NCBI GenBank assembly: GCA_951406725.2 | Contig: OX597834.1 | Span: forward strand, 20,274,001 to 20,338,000 | Direction of reading: 5' to 3' | DNA length: 64,000 nt | DNA from: Octopus vulgaris | Taxonomy: Eukaryota | In this document: positions 50,408-63,948 of the stretch, in pieces | Layout: each line of letters begins with the position of its first letter | How positions within the stretch are numbered: the stretch's first letter is position 1 | Notes under the pieces: model-generated | Databases searched by the model: none | What the model was told of the DNA's origin: nothing | Seen by the model: the letters and a program-made list of their open reading frames with translations, nothing else | Position numbers and translations under genes: made by a program

Positions 50408-50751
50408 ATATATATGTATACATATGTATATATATGTATATATTTGTATGTATGTGTTTGTGTGTCTGTGTTTGTCCTCCCACTATAACTAGACAACCGA
50501 TGTTGGTTTGTTTACATCCACATAATGTAGCAGTTCAGCAAAAGAGACCGATAGAATAAGTACTTGTGTTATAAAGAATAAGTCCTGGATAGATTTGTTC
50601 AACTAAAGGTGGTGCTCCAGCATGGCTATAGTCAAATGACTGAAACAAATAAAAGAATAAAAGAATTGGGAATTTCTGGCTAAATTGATTTGAATTCATA
50701 CAGATCTTATTTTAATTTACCTTTAACTGTTTGTACCCCCACCCCCTTTTA

Positions 50752-51125
50752 TCTCTCTCTATATAAACGGCAGTTTGTCTGTGCGTGTTTCTGTGTGTCT
50801 GTTTGCTTGTACCCTCACCCTGACCACGGCTTTCAACCGATTCTGATGAAACTTGACACACACATAGCCCAATGTCATAATTCAAAACTAACGCAGCGAA
50901 AATTTTGAAAAGTTCCCCCAGTTCTGAAAAAAATCGATAAATTCGACATGGGGTCGAGAATCAGGAATACGAACCACAAACTGTGTAGGGGACGCAACTC
51001 TACCTTTTTTAAATCTCAAAAAAAAATTTACCATCATTTTTTTCCATTTTTTTGCTATAACTCTCTAAAAATGCTTTATAGTTATTTCCCTTACAAACCT
51101 GAGCAACGCCGGGCGATACTGCTAG
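50752..51125 (+). mobile_element. Non-autonomous Helitron
   Basis: 5' TC start after an A, GC-rich subterminal hairpin cctgagcaacgccggg (51098-51113), 3' CTAG followed by T, and no TSD. Confidence 0.8.
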
Positions 51126-51563
51126 TTTACCATATTCCTGTTGAAATACAATGCTTTTGTTTCAATTAATTTTGCAAATAATGAAGAATTTAGTAAAATA
51201 TCTTTTGTCATTCTTAATTTAGTGTTTGGAACATAAACCAACAAATTTTGATGGAAGGTTTTCATTTAGATCGCTTTAACCCTTTAGTACTCAGATTATT
51301 GTGTTAAATGCAGTCTTATTTATTCACATTGCTTTGAATTAATTATGATTTAATTTCTCTCTTCAAGAGTTTGACACTGTGGGAGTTTATTTTTAGAATG
51401 ACATTAGAGCGTAGTCATGACGTGGCCAGATTTGGCCAGTTAGAATATAAGGCAAGTAGCATGTTTTGGCTGGATGTGGCCAGTTGAAGTACTAAAAGGC
51501 TAAGACAGAAAGTCTGTTTCATAGATCCAGGGCAGTCATAGATGGGACAGCAAAAGGTTTAAG
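51126..51563 (+). mobile_element. Host TTAA-MITE carrying a nested MITE at 51280-51499
   Basis: Homologous to 55969-56190 in reverse orientation. The nested element is bounded by TTAA|CCCTTTAG ... CTAAAAGG|CTAA. Confidence 0.75.
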
Positions 51564-51706
51564 GCAGCATAGAAAATAATAAAATCCAAAAGGATAAATG
51601 ACAAAGTCAACCTTGGCGGAATTTGAACTCAAAGCATAAGGATGGATGAAATGCCACTAAACTTTTTGCCTGGCATTCTAACGATTTTGCCAGCTCACCA
51701 CTTTAC

Positions 51707-51752
<46 letters not shown>

Positions 51753-51899
51753 TGATGATGAGGATGATGATGATGATGATGGTGAAGAATTCCAACTCAG
51801 TAAATTTCTGTGTATCCAGTTGTGAATGTATCGGAGCATCACAAGTGACTCATCTAATATCTCAAGCATTGAAGACAATGTAGAGAAATGACAGCAATA

Positions 51900-52320
51900 A
51901 TTCAAGTGATGATGATGATGATGAGGAGGAGTAGGATGATGATGACGATGACGACGATACTGCTGTTGATGATAATGATGATGATGAAGAGGAGAAGGCG
52001 GCTGAGTTATGATGATTGTCATAATGGCAATCATGTTGAGTCTGGTGATAATGATGAGCAGAAGAGTATGGCAATGTTGATGATAGTGACGATGATGATG
52101 GTGACCATGATGTTGAAGACGCTTACTGAAGATGATGATGGTGACCGTGATGATGAAGATGCTGACTGAAGATTATGATGACGATGATGGTCATGATGAT
52201 GATATTATTGACGATGGTGATGACAACGATGATGATGCTGTTGACGAAGACACGGGTTATAACGATGTTGTTGCTGATGATGATGGCAGCAATGGGTTTA
52301 TGATGATGATGATGGTGATA
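51900..52320. repeat. Degenerate (GAT)n tract
   Basis: Direct inspection. Confidence 0.88.
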
Positions 52321-52721
52321 ACGAAAAAGAAATATCTATCTTTCTCTTAATTGCTTTCTCTTGTGGCTTTCTTTTGGAAACAAACAAAAAAATTGAAAAT
52401 AAATAAAAAATAAATAAATAAAGCAATAAACTATGAAATCATGAAAGAAGAAAGCAAAATTAATAAAAATAATAAAAAAACAAAGAAAAGGGTAAGAAAA
52501 TGATTCAAGGGAAGGTGGAGTGTGTGTGTGTGTGGTGGGTGTAGGGTGCAAGGACAGCTTGCAGTGGAACAGGAGACGATCCGTATAAATATGGACTCAG
52601 GAATAAAATAATAATTAAGTCCATTTGAAATTCTATTGGGGTCATAAAATATGTGAGTGAGGCAAGGGTGCAGAACGAAGGGTCCCAGCACCCTGTTGTT
52701 CCCCAAACAGTAAATATATGC

Positions 52722-52758
<37 letters not shown>

Positions 52759-53546
52759 CTTTGGCAAGCTGCTTACCATTTTTTTTTCCAATTGCGGAAT
52801 AAATGACTTCTCCTTATTTATCTGAAGAAAGATGACAAGATGTATTAAGGGAAGCATCCCTTATCTCCCATCATCCGCCACGCTGTGTCAACTAGACTAT
52901 GTAATGGAATAATTCTTGAAGACAAAGAAGAAGAAGAGGAAGAAGAGAATGAGAGGGAAAGAGAGAGAGAGAGAAAGGTGAGAAGGAAAGGCAGTGATGC
53001 ATAGGAGAATATAAGAAGGGTTACTTGGAAAGTAGAGAGGAAGGAGAAAAAGATAGATAAAGAGAGAGAGGGTAAGAGAGAGAAGAGGGGAGTGAGAAAT
53101 GTAGAAATTTGTGAAAGACAAAAGAAGAATAATATATTCATCATCAGCATCATCGTTTCCATTATCATCATCATCGTCATCATCATTATCACAACCATCA
53201 TCAATATTACCATTGTTGAGATCACCATCATTGGCTCCAGTCACAATGTTCATCATCATCATCACCCTCTTCATCATCACCATCCTCCTCCACTACTTCT
53301 TTCTCTTCCTCCCCCTCCTCTTCATCTTCATCATCATCAAGCGTGAACAGTGTGTATATGATGATGAAGATATATTCTCTTCCACCGAAGAAGTTTTGAA
53401 TTATTTAAAATGGCATCCAGGTGGCGCTACCATCTGAGTCACTGCCTGCACCGATGCCAGCTGTTTCAATTCCGACCACAGAAAGAGAGACAGCAATATA
53501 TCAACACAACACAGCACAATATTGGCAGCAACTCATTGATTGCAAA

Positions 53547-53611
<65 letters not shown>

Positions 53612-54159
53612 GTATGTATATATATATATATGCATATATATGTATACATATATATATATATATATGTATATATGCATATATATGTATACATATATATATA
53701 TATATGTATATATGCATATATATGTATACATATATATATATGTATATATTTATATGTATATATGTATATATATATATACATATATATATACATACATATG
53801 TATGTATGTATGTGTCTCATCTTCACTTCTGAGGAAGACAACAAAAACGACAACTACAGTGAACTCAGAATTTGAACTCAGAATCTACAGCACCACAACT
53901 AAATGCAACTATTAATTGTTTGTTTCAGAGTCACAAGTCCTGAAATTAGTGAGTGCAGCAGGATTAGTTGATATCATTGACCTCAGTATATGACTGGTGT
54001 ATACTTTTATCTAGGCATAACAGCAAGGAACTAAGGTGACCTATCAAGCTTGCACAGGAAAGGTAGTGTTATGTCCTTCCCAAAGGATTTTGCTCTTGCA
54101 GCTTTGGTTTTTGCAAGAAAAAATAGAGTCAGGTCATTTTTTTAACACATCTTGTTTAT

Positions 54160-54620
54160 AATCACTGTCATCATCATCATCACCACAATCACCACTCTCA
54201 TTATTATCATCATCGTCTTCACCATCACCCTCATCTTCACCATCACCCTCATTATCTTCACCATCACTACCATCGTCTTCACCATCACCATCTTCACCAT
54301 CACTCACATTGTCTTCACCATCACCATTATCACCATCACTATCATCATCTTCACCATCGCCATCACCATCTTCACCATCACCATCATCGCCTTCACCATC
54401 ACTGTCATCACTATCATCCTCATCATATTCACCATCACCATCATCATCATCTTCACTATCATCCTCATCATTATTCACCATCACCATCATTGTCTTCATC
54501 ATCATCATCATCTTCACCATCACCATCACCTTCTTCACCATCACCATCATCATCATCTTCACCATCATCCTCATCATACCCACCATCATCATCATCTTCA
54601 CCATCATTCTCATCTTCATT
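54160..54620. repeat. (CAT/CAC/CTT)n compound tract
   Basis: Repeating tcttcaccatcac units. Confidence 0.9.
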
Positions 54621-54779
54621 GTTTTATGTCTGTACTTCCAAACAAACATAACAAACATACAGTTACACTGTATCAATTCCTACCAACCCTTAGTGGAGTT
54701 TGAACTCAGAACTTAAAGACAGAAAAATTACCACTAAGCATTTTGCCCAGCATGCTAGCAATTCTGCTAGCTCGTCACC

Positions 54780-54811
<32 letters not shown>

Positions 54812-55446
54812 CCTTTCTACTAAAGGCACAAAACCTGAAATTTGTATGGTGGAGGGAGTAAATCGATTATATTGACCCCGGTATCTCAGTCTCCCTAAGT
54901 CTCTCTCTCTCTCTCTCTCTCTCCCTTCTTTCATCATTTACCTGTGAGACACAACAGTTTTTCAAGTCTCACCTCATCACTTTTTCCCATGTTCCCCCTT
55001 GCTCATTCCTCTTCCATAATCAACTTCTGCTGTTGGCATTCTCTTGTTCTTTTGTTTGTTCTTTTTTATTCTTTTCCTTGTGTCAGGTATTGGGCTGTGG
55101 CCATGCTGGAGCAACACATCAAAGGGTCTAGCTGATCAAATCTATCTCAGTATTTGCTGTTTTTAAAGCCTGGTGCTTTTTTCTCTTATCTCTTTCATTT
55201 AAACACCTATGTAATGGGAATGTAAACAAACCAGCATTGGGTGAAATGTTGTGAGAGATTAACACCCCCCACACACACACACTTTCTGCACTTCTCTAAG
55301 TAAGGAATGTCTGGGCTGTTTTGTTGTTTAGTACTCTTGGAGATTGTTCATCTCACCTGGAAGCATAGTGGGGTTAACAACAGGAAGGGCATCTGCTCCA
55401 ACATGCTTTCATTGCATTCCAACGCAACATGGAAAAGTAAATGGGC

Positions 55447-55790
55447 TCTTCTTCTTCTTCTTCTTCTTCTTCTTCTCCTTCTTTTCTTCTTCTTCTTCTT
55501 CTTCTTCTTCTTCTTCTTCTTCTTCTTCTTCTTCTTCTTTTCTTCTTCTTCTTTTCTTCTTCTTCTTCTTCTTCTTCTTCTCTTCGCCTTCTTCTTTTCT
55601 TCTTCTTTTCTTCTCCTTCTTTTTCTTCTTTTCTTCTCCTTCTTTTCTTCTTCTTCTTTTCTTCTCCTTTTCTTCTTCTTCTTCTTCTTCTTCTTCTTCT
55701 TCTTCTTCTTCTTCTTCTTCTTCTTCTTCTTTTCTTCTTCTTCTTCTTCTTCTTCTTCTTCTTCTTCTTCTTCTATCCTCCTCCTTTTTC
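55447..55790. repeat. (TTC)n tract, ~340 bp polypyrimidine
   Basis: Direct inspection. Confidence 0.95.
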
Positions 55791-55968
55791 TCACTATGTT
55801 ACTACAATGCAGTATAACCTGTACAGCTTCATGTAATTTATTTCAATCTATCGAGGGTCAGTCCTTAAAGGGTGACAAGAGTGACAGTCATCTGACAAAA
55901 TGTGATATATTTTGCTTACGTCTCTCAGATATTGGTGCTGGCTGTGGCAATGAGAAAACTAACTTTAA

Positions 55969-56190
55969 CCCTTTTGTTACCAATCTGCCTGAAACTGCCT
56001 CTGGCTCTGTAGTATAAATGTCTTTTTTTCATAAGTTTTGAATTAAAATCTTCCACCAAACCTTAGTCACAATTTATGTTCCTAACACCAGCTTAATGAT
56101 AACTATGTTATTTTACTAAATTCTTTGTTATATTTAAAATTAATCGAAAGAAACACAGAGCATCTCAAAATAAATATAGTAACAAAAGGG
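55969..56190. mobile_element. piggyBac-like MITE, intact
   Basis: TTAA TSD (55965-55968, 56191-56194) and a perfect 12-bp TIR CCCTTTTGTTAC/GTAACAAAAGGG. Confidence 0.9.
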
Positions 56191-57342
56191 TTAAGCTAAG
56201 TTCCTCTCATCTAGCCATATGGCTACTTAGCTGACATCTGGTCTCGTAAGGGTGTATGTGTATGAGAGAGGGAGAGAGAGAAAGAGAAAGCAAGAAAATG
56301 AGTCAATGATGATAAATGACAGTTTTGACCAGAAAAAATGCCTTATGTCATCTGCAGCATTGAAATTAAATTTCTTCTAACAAGAAACTAAAAGATGATA
56401 CAAAACAAACCCAAAATGAGTGTTTTCATTTTAAATCCATATGGTGAAAGAAAAAAGCATCAACTATTTGACAGCATCCAATAAACTCTTTGCAAGAATT
56501 ACGAAACTATTTTCTGAATATTTTTGGTGGGGTTCTTGATTATGTTTTGGCACCGATTTTACAGGTTGCTTACTTTAAATTGTAAGGTCAAAATGATAAT
56601 GACCAAAATTAGATTTACCACTTTGTTGGCAGCATATTTATCGTGTGCTCAATTAAACAATTCTGCTAATTTCAAAGTGATTATGTTTGAATTAAAACCT
56701 TTCCTTAATTTATTTCATGTAACAAAATTAAAATCAACCCAAAATATGTTTGCAAAATCGTATTTGAAACACTAGGGTGATTGTTAAAAACAAAAACAAA
56801 CCCAAATAAAAGATATTTTAATTTAATTAGATCCTTCCAACTTAATCATTATTTTCAAAATTAATTAAAACACATGAAGGAATGAATGTCCTCGTTATGA
56901 TGATTGTCAGGGGCTGCAAATATAACCTGTTTGTTTTTTCTTTTATTTTTTTTACTTATTTGAGTCATTTGACTGCAGCCATGCTGGGGCACCACCTTTA
57001 GCTGAACAAATCGACCCCAGGACTTATTCTTTTATCAGTCCCTTTTGCCAAAGCACTAAGTTGTGGCGATGTAAACACACCAACATCGGTTGTCAAGTTA
57101 TGTCTGTATGTTTTTTCTTTTTTTCTGGATAAATAGGGTCAGTTGGCCCTGAGGTCTCTTCTGATTCAATTTACTGTCAGGGTTGCCCTTAGCTATGTTA
57201 TGGGGATGTAAACAAACCAATGCTGGTTGTCAAATGGTGGTGGGGACAAAGACAAACACAACACACACTCACACACAGATATATTACATACCAACACCAA
57301 TTGTCAAACGGAAGAAAAACATACACAACCACACAAGCATAC

Positions 57343-57391
<49 letters not shown>

Positions 57392-57438
57392 TCTATATAT
57401 ATATACATATGTGTGTGTGTGTATATATATGTATATTT

Positions 57439-57470
<32 letters not shown>

Positions 57471-57504
57471 TATATATATGTATATATGTATATATATATA
57501 TATA

Positions 57505-57950
57505 ATGGTTCCTCTTGAAGATAACATGGATGCCACTCGAGCTCAAAAGATTGACCAACTTCTTCGAGAAATGTGATGACACAGGCTGGAAAGTGGAGGA
57601 CCATTTTCTAATCAAAATCAGATGCAGAGGGTTTGTTGGACACAATGTGAGGCGACTGTTGTTATCGTTAGGCCTAACTCATTGTAAAGTAAATACCACC
57701 ATGATCGATATCCAAGCTACAGTGGAAAAGGTTAGCCACTGGATTTGGTTAAAAAGAGACAATGAGCGATAGCTATAGCTAGAAAAATATTGAGCTTTAT
57801 TTGATAATCAGTTGATCTAGTAAGTGGGGTCTGATATCAGTGTGTGGGGCTGGTGCACATTGATGCCGTTGAGAGGTAAACCTTGAAACAGTGTGCATCC
57901 TCTACTAGTTTGCTGGTTTCTGGTATGCAGAGTTCTTCACTGGAAGCACT
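57505..57950 (+). mobile_element. 3' fragment of a restriction-like-endonuclease (RLE) non-LTR retrotransposon, Hero-like, frameshifted
   Basis: [16 protein letters not shown], then (frameshift) [10 protein letters not shown]...IKIRCRGFVGHNVRRLLLSLGL...VEKVSHWIWLKR. This resembles the ELTVPWE...K...GW...EVGCRGF...S.W.W.KR C-terminus of Hero elements. A putative 3' UTR follows. Confidence 0.75.
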
Positions 57951-58007
57951 TGCATGTGCAAGTTGTTTGCAAAACACACACACATACACATATACACATG
58001 TACATAA

Positions 58008-58249
58008 TAGTCATGGCCAAAAGTTTGTATCCTTTCTTTAAAAATTTAAATTGTTATGACCAAGTACAATTCAAATCAAACATATACTATATATATAATT
58101 GAGCATTTAATACACAAATTCTAATATTCAGGCCCACGTCCCAAACTTTTGGCCAAGTAATAATATATTGCAAATTAAATAAGACTTTGGACACTTAATG
58201 TAAAAATTCTAATTTTCAGACCTACATTCCAAATTTTTGGCCATGACTG
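58008..58249. mobile_element. Tc1-like MITE
   Basis: TIR (c/t)agtcatggccaaaa(g/a)tttg at both ends, TA at the right flank, and an internal duplication of the right subterminal region. Confidence 0.8.
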
Positions 58250-59086
58250 TATGTATACGATGGGCTTCTTTGTGCTTCTGCCTGATAGGTCCACTCACAA
58301 GATTTTGGTTGGCCTGGAGCAGTAGAAGACACTTGTTCAAGGTGCCACGCAGTAGATCGGAACTGTTGGGTCAACAGGGACTAAAACTCTTAAACAGCAT
58401 ATTCTTTCACAAGTAATAGCAATCATGAGTGACCAGGTTTGGTTGGGGAAGAGGGTTGCAAGAAACCTGGCAGGATAAAACCATTACTTGTCGAAAGGTC
58501 ATATAAACCCACTAAACATTTTGTCAGATGCTCTACCGAGTCTGCCATTCCCAGAATTGATAATGGAATATTAACAATAAACAGTAATATCTCTAGGAAG
58601 TGAACTGTAAAAGGAATCATATACACGTTTAAATTTTTTGAAAATTTGAAGTGAATTTGTTGGAGAAATACATTTAAAGAAATTATAAAATATCACAGAA
58701 ACTTCATTAAGATTTTCAAAGAATGGAAATAAAAGATGATTAGAAGAATTGATTTAGGAAAAATATAGATTGGTTAGATTGAAGAGAATGGTAAATTATA
58801 AAAATTAACAGAGGAAGGAGTTTGCAGATTAAATACGAATTTGTATTGCTTTAAGTGGAAACAGAAGTAGTGGAGAGAGAGAGAAACTGCTGGAATGATC
58901 ATAAAAAGAGAGGAAATATATATATATATATATATATATATCTATAGATAGAGAGAGAGAAAGAGAGAGAGACGTATGTATATATCTTTTTCTTTCCCTT
59001 TCATTTTCTCTTTCAACACATACATATATACATACATATATAAAAGTTAAAAAAGATATAGGAAATCCAAGTAGATGCAAGTGAAA

Positions 59087-59134
<48 letters not shown>

Positions 59135-60076
59135 ATATACATATATATATACACACACACGCACACACACATAAATTTATATGTATATATATATATATAT
59201 AGTATATGCATATATATATACATACACATACATACATATGTATATGTTACATACATACACACACACACATATATATATGTATATAAATATATATATGAAG
59301 GAAGAATTGGAAGATAAATAAATAATAAGGATGTAGGAATTGGAAGAAACTCCCAGAAATAAGATACTAGAATCTGTATAAAATATGTATATAATAAATA
59401 AAAGGTAATAATTTAGGAAAAGTAAAAGAAATAACGAAAAGAACAAAATGTGAGATAAGAAGAAATTGAAACAGAAGAGAAAAACCTGTAAAATAGGGGT
59501 AAAAAAAAAAAAGGCATCAGATTGATTGAAGAGTGGATGGAACATTTTGAAAGAACTAGAAAGATCTTTGAAAGAAGGAACAATGAAAAATTTAGGGAGG
59601 TTTTTGTACATTCAATATTAAAGAATTTGTGAAAAGAACAATGTGGACTGTGATATGTAATTAGCAGAAATCTAGTTAATATTTCCAGAAAAATCTGGAT
59701 TTTTATAGATTTCTTGCTTTTTTGCCATTTTTTTTTCGTTGTTAATTCTAAAACATTTAATAAACCACTCACTATTTTATTCGCCCAGCAATATTTTCTA
59801 GGTTTATATTTTTTGTTTTCCTTTCTGGGCTTCCATACAATTTCGTGTATGGTTGTTCTGTTTTTTACTCATTTGTTTGTCTGTTTTAGTTTTTTTTTTC
59901 TACTGATTTTCTTTTTATTTATTTATTTATTTATTTATTTATTCTTTTCTGGCTCTGTTTACAATATGACTATGTTTTAACCACTAGATGGAGTCTGTCA
60001 TCTTCATAGATGAAAATATTCCATTTTCTATCGTTGAAAGATAATTTTTGGGCTGTTGAGATATTATTATTGTTGT

Positions 60077-60108
<32 letters not shown>

Positions 60109-60385
60109 TTGTTGTTGTTGTTGTTGTTCTTCTTCTTCTTCTTCTTCTTCTTCTTCTTCTTCTTCTTCTTCTTCTTCTTCTTTTCTTTCTTCTTGCTGTT
60201 GTTATTTTGTTGTTGTTTAATTTTCATTTTGGTTCATATATATATTTTGTTTCCCGTTTCAGTCAGCCAATCATAAACAGGGATTAATTCACTTCTTCTC
60301 CCTTCCATCTTCCTGATTAGTTTGTTACATAGGATCTCTTACTATGAACTCACACACACACACACACACACACACCATGATAACG

Positions 60386-60433
<48 letters not shown>

Positions 60434-60434
<1 letters not shown>

Positions 60435-60646
60435 TGGTTTCCAATTTTGGCACAGCAAGTTTGGGGGAGGGTATAAGTCGATTACGTCCACCCCAGTGTT
60501 TAACCGGTACTTATTTTATCAACCCCTAGAGGATGAGAAGTAAAGTCGACCTTGGTGGAATTTGAACTCAGAACATGAAAACGAATGAAATGCCGCAAAA
60601 AGCATTTTGCATGGCATGTTGATGATTCTACCCGCTCACCACCTTA
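60434..60646 (-). mobile_element. SINE family B between (AAT)n tracts
   Basis: ggtacttattttatcaaccc ... aaagtcgaccttggtggaatttgaactcag. Confidence 0.85.
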
Positions 60647-61369
60647 ATAATAATGATGATGATGATGATGATAATAATGATAATGATAAAAATGATAATA
60701 ATAATATCAATGATAATGATAAAAATTTTAATAATAATAATAATGATAATAAGTTCTTAATAATAATAGTAATAATAATAATAATAATAATAATGATAAT
60801 AAGTTCTTAATAATAATAATAATAATAGTAATAAGAAGAAATCAAGTAAGATACTTTTTAACCAGATAACATTTAAATCACTTGGAATTGAATGAGGGAA
60901 ATGAAATAAAGTTAAATAAAATGAAATTCTAGAAACGAAATCCATCATGCAGCGTATTCTTCACTCCATTCAAAGAATGGAATTTTCTGGCTGTTTTGAA
61001 AGTTTCTCAATTTCAAATAAATAAACCCCACTTTTTATGTTCTTTTTATTTGCTTCCCTTTTAATTCAAACAGATTAATCCAAGTAAAAGATTCTGGATT
61101 GGTGAAAATTTCAATTATTTTCTGCAAACGTTGGTAATATGCCATCAGATTTTAGAGGACAATTGTTTCTATGGAATCGATACCTGATAGAGAATAAACC
61201 TATCACTTCAATTAAGATGGCTCATCATCATCATCATCATCGTTTAATGTCCATTTTCCATGCTAGCATGGATTGTACTCTCATCAACTTTACCAAATAT
61301 CCATGAACAGGGAGACACAAGATTTAAACGCCAAAAAATGCAAAAAAAAAATTCGAAGGTAAAGAATCA

Positions 61370-61720
61370 TCATCATCATCACCATCATCATCGTTTAATG
61401 TCTTTTCCCTGCTGGCATGGGTTGGATGGTTTGACTGGGGTCTGGAGAGCCAGTGGCTGCACCATGCTCCAATCTGATGTCTCAATGTTTCTACAGCTGG
61501 ATGCCCTTCCTAATGCCAACCACTCTGAGAGTGTAGTGAGTGCTTTTTATGTGCCACCAGTACAGGAGCCAGTCAGGTGGCCCTGGCATTGATTACGTTT
61601 GGATAGTGCATTTTACGTGCCACTGACATGGGAGACAGTCAGAGGGTACTGGCATCGGCCATGTTTGGATGTTACTTTTTACGTGCCACCCGCACAGGGG
61701 GCCAGTGAGGCAGACCTGGT
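61370..61720 (-). mobile_element. Family D element
   Basis: Reverse complement of 3500-3828, including three tttta(c/t)gtgccac units. Confidence 0.87.
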
Positions 61721-62137
61721 CGGAGACTGGAATTGCATTTCAGTTTTGAGTTGTGGGTCAAGGCTGATCTAGCTCTCTGCCCAACTCCTCTTGTTCTTTG
61801 CTAAAATTTTTGGAGTTGGGACATTGCGAGGCATTCATAGGTCCAAGTGCTGTGTCAAAGAAATTTGTTTCAAACTCACATTGAAATACAATGAAAATGT
61901 ATTATTCATGGGCTGGCATGTAAAAAGCATTATCTGAAAGTGATCAATGCCAGGACCTCATGACTGGCCCCTGTGCCAGTGGCACATAAAAAGCATTATC
62001 TGATATTATTATTATTATTGTTGTTGAATGCACTGGTTCTTGTCCAAACATGACTAGTGAGGTAAATCCGAAGTGTGGTTATTGCTAGTTGAAAAATTAT
62101 TATTATTATCATCATCATCATCATCATTATTATTATT

Positions 62138-62357
62138 AAGGTGGTGAGCTGACAGAATTGTTAGCAAGCCAGGCAAAATGCTTAGTGGTATTTCATCCGT
62201 CCTTACATTCTGAGTTCAAATTCCGCTGAGGTCAACTTTACCTTTCATCATTTTGGGGTCGATAAATTAAGTACCAGCGATACACTGTGGATGATGTAAT
62301 CAACTCGCCCCACCCCCTTCCAAAATTTCATGCCTTGTGCCTAGAGTGGAAAGGATC
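62138..62357 (+). mobile_element. SINE family B
   Basis: aaggtggtgagctgacagaa ... ttttggggtcgataaattaagtaccag ... ccttgtgcctagagtggaaaggat. Confidence 0.9.
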
Positions 62358-63086
62358 ATTGTTATTATGTTCCATTTAACTTACCTAGTCAGTGGCACCA
62401 CATATAGTCCACAGTAGACAATAGTCTTTTATTGGTACTGCACAATAACACATGCCCCTTCGTTATTCTCTTACTTCCCCTTTCTTTTCCCCCACCCCAT
62501 TGTTGTTGTTGATGTTGTTGCTGTGATCAGTCTTTGTGTTTGGTTGTTGTTTCCATTGTAATTCTAGCCACTGCCTCATTTTTAAGAATCGATCCAGTTC
62601 AAACAACAGTGTCCATTTCTGTTCGAGACAACAACGGCATTTATTCTGCTCGTCTCCAAGAGTTTGGCTGGAGAAGAAATAAATACAATACTTCAAACAT
62701 GACTGCAGTGAGCCAGCAGGAAAGAAATACCAAAAATTGGCACCCAATTATTGAACAACAAAAACAAAGGGAAGAATTCTACACACCACCACCACCACTA
62801 CTGACACTGACACCATCATCACCGCCACCACCACCACTTTCGTTACTATCATCACTATCTCCGCTTGCATCAGCACCATTTTGTCCTGTTGCTTTATAGA
62901 TTTGCCAAAACTATTTGTTGTGTTTCTGGTGACTTTATTGAGTTGGCACGGCGCCCATTTGTGCCTTTTCCAAAGTCACGACCTGAAGTGTTGTTCCCAA
63001 ACAATGTTGTACACGACGGAATCACACAGCTAATTGCTGCAAGGCTTCTGCCGCCCGCTCATGCCGAAGTCTTCATTTTTATTTTG

Positions 63087-63141
<55 letters not shown>

Positions 63142-63304
63142 TATTATTATTACTATTATTTGTTTTTCTCCATCTGGTGACATTACAAACACAATACTTG
63201 TCTACATTCAAGAATAATGATAGCAACAATGACAGCAGCAGAAACAACAACTACAACAATAATAATAATAATAATAGTAATAATACTACTACTACTACTA
63301 CTAC

Positions 63305-63356
<52 letters not shown>

Positions 63357-63369
63357 AAAAATAATAATG

Positions 63370-63403
<34 letters not shown>

Positions 63404-63554
63404 TAATAATAATAATAATAAAAATAATAATAATAATAATTGCGCCAGTAATAACAATAGCAGCTATAGTGATGCAATGACAGAATTGTAATGAAATAAA
63501 ACCAAAGAGAATTTTTCATTTAGTAGTTTTATATATCATCATCATCATCATCAC

Positions 63555-63605
<51 letters not shown>

Positions 63606-63608
<3 letters not shown>

Positions 63609-63905
63609 GTTGTCAAGTTGGCAGAATGGTTAGTGCACCAGGCAAAATGCTTATTGGCATGTCTTCCGGCTTGTTATGCTCCGAGTTCAAATACTGTCAG
63701 GGTCAACTTCGCCTTTTGTCCTTCCAGGGCCAAAAAAATATGTAAAATAGATACCAGTCAAGTACTGCAGTTGATGTAATGGATTGCCCCCCCACTCCAT
63801 CCCTCCCCTCAAAAATAACTGGCCTTCTGCCAAAATTTGAAACCACTGTTACAGTCATTATTATTGTTATCATTTTTATTGTTACTATCATTATTATTAT
63901 TATTG

Positions 63906-63948
<43 letters not shown>

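Larger units (their letters stand above)
49549..50665 (+). mobile_element. SINE family A split by insertions in its internal microsatellite (head 49549-49645, 3' part 50460-50665)
   Basis: The head and tail halves are colinear with 1563-1980. Confidence 0.7.
56955..58385 (-). mobile_element. SINE family A pieces (56955-57100, 57190-57275, 58253-58385) separated by nested insertions
   Basis: The 3' and 5' halves are colinear with 13509-13902. Confidence 0.7.

Noticed and set aside
54134-56017. Asp/Gly-rich and Lys/Glu/Phe-rich ORFs
   Set aside because: Trinucleotide repeats open on both strands.
57854-57897. Hairpin with a CCGTTGA...GAAA core in the Hero-like 3' UTR
   Set aside because: No helix I or UH triplet. 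More likely an ordinary 3' UTR stem-loop.
62378-62395. Minus-strand AG|GTAAGT
   Set aside because: No upstream polypyrimidine tract, so not a credible recursive site.
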